NCBI GenBank assembly: GCA_963725865.1
Contig: CAVSAC010000010.1
Span: forward strand, 1,024,001-1,088,000
From: Candidatus Eiseniibacteriota bacterium
GTDB taxonomy: Bacteria > Eisenbacteria > RBG-16-71-46
DNA: 64,000 bases
Direction of reading: 5' to 3'
Shown: piece by piece, positions 60,307-64,000 of the stretch
How positions within the stretch are numbered: position 1 is the first letter of the stretch
Layout: each line of letters opens with the position of its first letter
Notes under the pieces: model-generated
Seen by the model: the letters and a program-made list of their open reading frames with translations, nothing else
The model's database searches: none
What the model was told of the DNA's origin: nothing
Made by a program: the position numbers and the translations under genes

Positions 60307-61215
60307 ATGCGACGTGCCATCCGCTGCATCGTGTGGGCGCTGCTCGCGACCGTCGGTTCGACGGCGATGGCGTCCGCCCAGACCAACGCCATGAAGTCGA
60401 TCAACGGCATCGGTCTGATCGACTACGGCCACCCGCCGAGGTTCAAGACCGGCCAGTGGGTCAAGTACCACCTCACGAGCAAGGCCGAGACCGGCGCCAG
60501 CGACGACTACACCGTCACCGTCGCCATCGTGGGCGAGGAGCGCTTCTGGGGTGAGGACGGGTTCTGGGTCGAGACCCTGACCGAGTACCCCGGCCGGCCG
60601 TCCTCGATCGTCGCGACACTGATGTCGTTCGACATCTTCAAGGACCCCGACCCGGTGCGGAACATGCAGATGTACCAGCGCAAGCTGGTCACGGGCCTCG
60701 ACGACAACAACCTGCCCGAGGTTCAGCTCATGAAGCGGCCGCCCGAGAGCATCCGGATGCGGAACAAGCACATGGGCACGGCGCACCTGTACTTCGACAC
60801 GCTGGGCGTCGACACGGCCATGGTGCCGGGCGGCAGCTTCGACGTGCGCAAGATCCGCATCCGCCAGGGCTCCTCCACCACCGCGGACACCGGGGACAGC
60901 ACGCGCTACGACGAGATGCGTGAGACCCGCGTCACGTATCAGACGGTGCGGGTCCCGATCACCGGCCTGGCCCGCGAGGACATCGACTACTTCCTCGAGC
61001 GCACCAACTGGCTGATCGGCCGCTCCGGCACCGGCCAGAAGGTGACGGTCGAGCATTCGCGCGGTCGCGCGAACCTGATCGCGATGGGAGACGGCTACAA
61101 GTCGGCGCTGCTCCCGCTCGAGTGGCAGCACGACCTGCCGGGCGCGGCGACTCCGAAGGCGGCCGCGCCCCCCGCCGCGACACCGCCCAAGCGGTCCACC
61201 GCCGCGCGGCGCTGA
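60307..61215 (+). CDS. Exported hypothetical protein
   Basis: GAGGA RBS, signal peptide, host-like codon usage, no recognised motif. Confidence 0.75.
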   Translation: MRRAIRCIVWALLATVGSTAMASAQTNAMKSINGIGLIDYGHPPRFKTGQWVKYHLTSKAETGASDDYTVTVAIVGEERFWGEDGFWVETLTEYPGRPSSIVATLMSFDIFKDPDPVRNMQMYQRKLVTGLDDNNLPEVQLMKRPPESIRMRNKHMGTAHLYFDTLGVDTAMVPGGSFDVRKIRIRQGSSTTADTGDSTRYDEMRETRVTYQTVRVPITGLAREDIDYFLERTNWLIGRSGTGQKVTVEHSRGRANLIAMGDGYKSALLPLEWQHDLPGAATPKAAAPPAATPPKRSTAARR

Positions 61216-61281
61216 AGCACCGCCGGGGCGCGACCGGCCCCGCGGCTTCGGCGCCCGTCCGTCACCGTGGACGCACCGGAG

Positions 61282-62181
61282 TCACTCGAACAGGCCGCGC
61301 GCGAATGCCTCGGGGTCGAACGGCTCCCAGTCCTCGAGCCCTTCGCCCAGCCCGACCACGCTGATCGGGAGTCCGAGTTGATCCGCGATCGCGAGCACCG
61401 CCCCGCCGCGCGCGGTGCCGTCCAGCTTCGTGAGCGCCACGCTGGTCACCGTCACCGCGCGCTGGAACTCGCGCGCCTGCGCCAGACCGTTCTGCCCCAG
61501 CGTGGCATCCAGCACCAGCAGCACGTGGTGCGGGCTTCCCGGCACCACCCGCGCGCAGACACGTTTCATCTTCTCGAGCTCGGCCATCAGATTGTGGCGG
61601 GTGTGCAGGCGCCCGGCGGTATCGACCAGCACCGCCGCGCAGCCGCGCTGCACGGCCGCCGCGAGGCCGTCGTGCACCACCGCGGCCGGATCGGCGCCGT
61701 CGCGCGCGCGCACCATCTCGACTCCCGCACGTTCCGCCCACACCTCGAGCTGCTCGGAGGCCGCGGCGCGGAACGTGTCCGCCGCGACCAGCAGGGTGGG
61801 CGAGCCGTCGCGCGTGAAGCGCGCCGCCAGCTTGCCGGCCAGTGTCGTCTTGCCGACGCCGTTGACCCCCACCAGCAGCGCCACCCACGGCCGCTCGGGA
61901 CCCGGAGCGAAGCGCGCGCGCACCGCACCCACCATCGCCGCCGCGGCGCGCTCGAGCGCCTGCCGCAGGTCGAGTGTGGCGTCCTCGCGCATCATCCGCT
62001 CGGCCCGATCGAGCAGCCGCTCGGCGGTCTGCGGGCCGGCGTCCGCGGCCAGCAGCGCCTCCTCGAGCGCCGCGCGGGTCGCGGCATCGACCGTGCGCCG
62101 GCCGGCCAGCGAGCCGACGGTCGACGCGAGGCGCTCGCGCGTGCCGGTGAGGCCTTGCCGGAAACGGTCCCAGAGGCTCAT
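61282..62181 (-). CDS. ftsY: Signal recognition particle receptor
   Basis: GVNGVGKTT, DTFRAAA, DTAGRL, TKLDGTARGG. Confidence 0.95.
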   Translation of the reverse strand: MSLWDRFRQGLTGTRERLASTVGSLAGRRTVDAATRAALEEALLAADAGPQTAERLLDRAERMMREDATLDLRQALERAAAAMVGAVRARFAPGPERPWVALLVGVNGVGKTTLAGKLAARFTRDGSPTLLVAADTFRAAASEQLEVWAERAGVEMVRARDGADPAAVVHDGLAAAVQRGCAAVLVDTAGRLHTRHNLMAELEKMKRVCARVVPGSPHHVLLVLDATLGQNGLAQAREFQRAVTVTSVALTKLDGTARGGAVLAIADQLGLPISVVGLGEGLEDWEPFDPEAFARGLFE

Positions 62182-62254
62182 GCGGTCGGGCCGCACGTGC
62201 CCCGGCCCCGCGGATCCGCCGGGTGGCGGAGCGCGTGAGGCCGGGGTCTGCGGC

Positions 62255-64000
62255 TCATCCCTTGGCGGTGGCGGTGACCAGCTCGCGCGCCTCGGTGTTC
62301 GAGGCATCCTGCCCGTCGAAGCGCACCGAGACCAGCTTCGACACGCCCAGCTCCTGCATCGTCACGCCGTACAGGCAGCGGGCCGCCTCCATGGACTTCT
62401 TGTTGTGGGTGATCACGACGAACTGGGTCTTGCTGCTGAAGCGCTGCAGCATGCGCAGGAAGCGGTCCACGTTCGCGTCGTCGAGCGGCGCGTCCACCTC
62501 GTCGAGCAGGCAGAACGGCGACGGCTTCACGAGGTAGATCGCGAACAGGAGCGCGATCGCGGTGAGCGCGCGCTCGCCGCCGGACATCAGGCTGATGCTC
62601 TGAAGGTGCTTGCCGCGCGGCTTGGCGGCGATCTCGATCTCGCACTCGAGCGGGTCCTCGCCCACCATGCGCAGCTCGGAGTCACCGCCCTCGAACAGCG
62701 TCGTGAAGATGTCGCGGAAGTGCTGCTGCACCTTGCCGAACGTCTCGCGGAACAGATCGCTCGCGGTGACGTTGATCTTATCGATCGCCTCGAGCAGCTG
62801 GGTGCGCGCGTTGGTCAGGTCGAGCCGCTGCTGCACCAGGAACGTGTAGCGCTCCTTCTTCTTCGAGTACTCCTCGAGCGCCAGCAGGTTCACGGCGCCA
62901 AGCCCGCGGAACCGTTCGCGCGACTCCTCGAGCCGCGTCGTGGCCGCTTCGGGATCCCAGCCCGCGGCCGGCGGCGTGGGCGTCCACTGCTCGGGATCCA
63001 TCGCGTACTCGGTGCGCAGGCGCTCGAACGTGAGCTCCAGCTCCTGGTGCGTCTGGATGCGCCCCAGCTCGAGCTGGTGGAGCAGCTCGGCCAGCTCGGT
63101 CTGCTCGAAACGCCGCTGGCGCGCCTCGTCGTCCCCGAGCGCCACCTCCTCCTTGAGCGCGGCGAGCCGTTTCTGCAGCTCCACGACGCGCTCGCGCTGG
63201 CTCGACTCCGACTCGAGCAGCCCGGTCAGGCCGCCCGCCAGTCCGCTGACCTCGGCCTCGATCGACGCCACCTGCTGCCGCGCGTCGCGCTCGTCGGCCG
63301 CGCGCGCCTCGAGTCCCGCCTCGAGCTCGCGGCGAGTCTGCTCGGCGCGCGCCCACTGGGCCTCGCACTCGCCGGCATCGCGCGACAGCCGCAGCAGCGT
63401 CTCGCGGCCGGTCGCGGCCCGCGCGGCGGCTTCCTCGCGGCGAGCCTCGAGCGTGTCCACCGCGCCGTCGAGCTCGGCGAGCTGGGTGCGAGCCAGATCG
63501 AGCTGCTGGGTAAAGGTCGCGAGGTCCTCCTGGGCCTGCACCAGCGCGCGCGCCAGCGCATCGAGCTCGGTCTCGACACCCTCGATCTCGCGCCGGCGAT
63601 CGCCCGACTCGCTGTCGGCCCAGCGCGACTCGCGCGTGGCGGCGTCCAGGTCGCGGGCCAGGGTCTCGAGCGCCTTGCGCCGCGCGTCGACTTCGACCTG
63701 CGCCCCTGTACGACGCTCCAGGGTCTGCGCGCGCCGCGACTCGATACCCGCACGCTCGCCCTCGAGTCCCTCGATGCCGAGCGACATCTCGGCGATCTGG
63801 CCGGTCAGCTCGCGGATCTGCATCTCGCGGTGGAGGAGGCCCGACAGGTTGCGCAGCGAGCCGGCGCGCACGCGTCCGCGCTCCCACACCTCGCCGTCGA
63901 GGCTCACGAACCGCAGGCCGCCCTCGGAATGCAGCGCCAGCCGCGACGCGGTCGCGCGGTCCTCGACCACCACCACGCTGCCGAGCAGACGGTCCACCAG
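62255..64000 (-). CDS. smc: Chromosome segregation protein SMC, C-terminal part
   Basis: End of hinge, coiled coil, GAVNLLA, MSGGERAL, LLDEVDAPLD, VITHNK. Confidence 0.95.
   Translation of the reverse strand: MVDRLLGSVVVVEDRATASRLALHSEGGLRFVSLDGEVWERGRVRAGSLRNLSGLLHREMQIRELTGQIAEMSLGIEGLEGERAGIESRRAQTLERRTGAQVEVDARRKALETLARDLDAATRESRWADSESGDRRREIEGVETELDALARALVQAQEDLATFTQQLDLARTQLAELDGAVDTLEARREEAAARAATGRETLLRLSRDAGECEAQWARAEQTRRELEAGLEARAADERDARQQVASIEAEVSGLAGGLTGLLESESSQRERVVELQKRLAALKEEVALGDDEARQRRFEQTELAELLHQLELGRIQTHQELELTFERLRTEYAMDPEQWTPTPPAAGWDPEAATTRLEESRERFRGLGAVNLLALEEYSKKKERYTFLVQQRLDLTNARTQLLEAIDKINVTASDLFRETFGKVQQHFRDIFTTLFEGGDSELRMVGEDPLECEIEIAAKPRGKHLQSISLMSGGERALTAIALLFAIYLVKPSPFCLLDEVDAPLDDANVDRFLRMLQRFSSKTQFVVITHNKKSMEAARCLYGVTMQELGVSKLVSVRFDGQDASNTEARELVTATAKG

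Overview
A very GC-rich bacterial chromosome segment. Secreted proteins ending in FlgD-Ig/T9SS-like tails and secreted TPR-CHAT proteins suggest an FCB-associated lineage such as Ca. Eisenbacteria (inference only). The housekeeping backbone includes an ECF sigma/anti-sigma/HtrA-like operon, an NtrC-type activator, rnc-fabF-acpP-fabG-fabD-fabH-plsX-rpmF-yceD, ndk, sucCD, an aldehyde dehydrogenase, ADP-heptose genes, a hybrid kinase, comM, a cytochrome c oxidase cluster with SCO/PCuAC, csp plus a DEAD-box helicase, archease, radC, ftsY and partial smc. An accessory zone runs from about 33 to 49 kb. Main points of interest: (1) a non-CRISPR cluster of two apparently exported caspase-like TPR-CHAT proteases followed by an ECF sigma and a membrane anti-sigma; (2) an A-family heme-copper oxidase lacking the canonical K-channel Lys/Thr but carrying extra membrane Glu residues; (3) an integrase-less ~5.8 kb cassette at comM bounded by a 446-bp duplicate of the comM 3' end, so comM stays intact; (4) an RNase III with an RNase E-like amphipathic helix and a ~300-aa disordered tail; (5) a candidate sigma54-dependent structured RNA behind the NtrC gene; (6) several catalytically degenerate enzymes. 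Two frameshifts may be sequencing errors. All calls come from reading motifs by eye; no searches were run.
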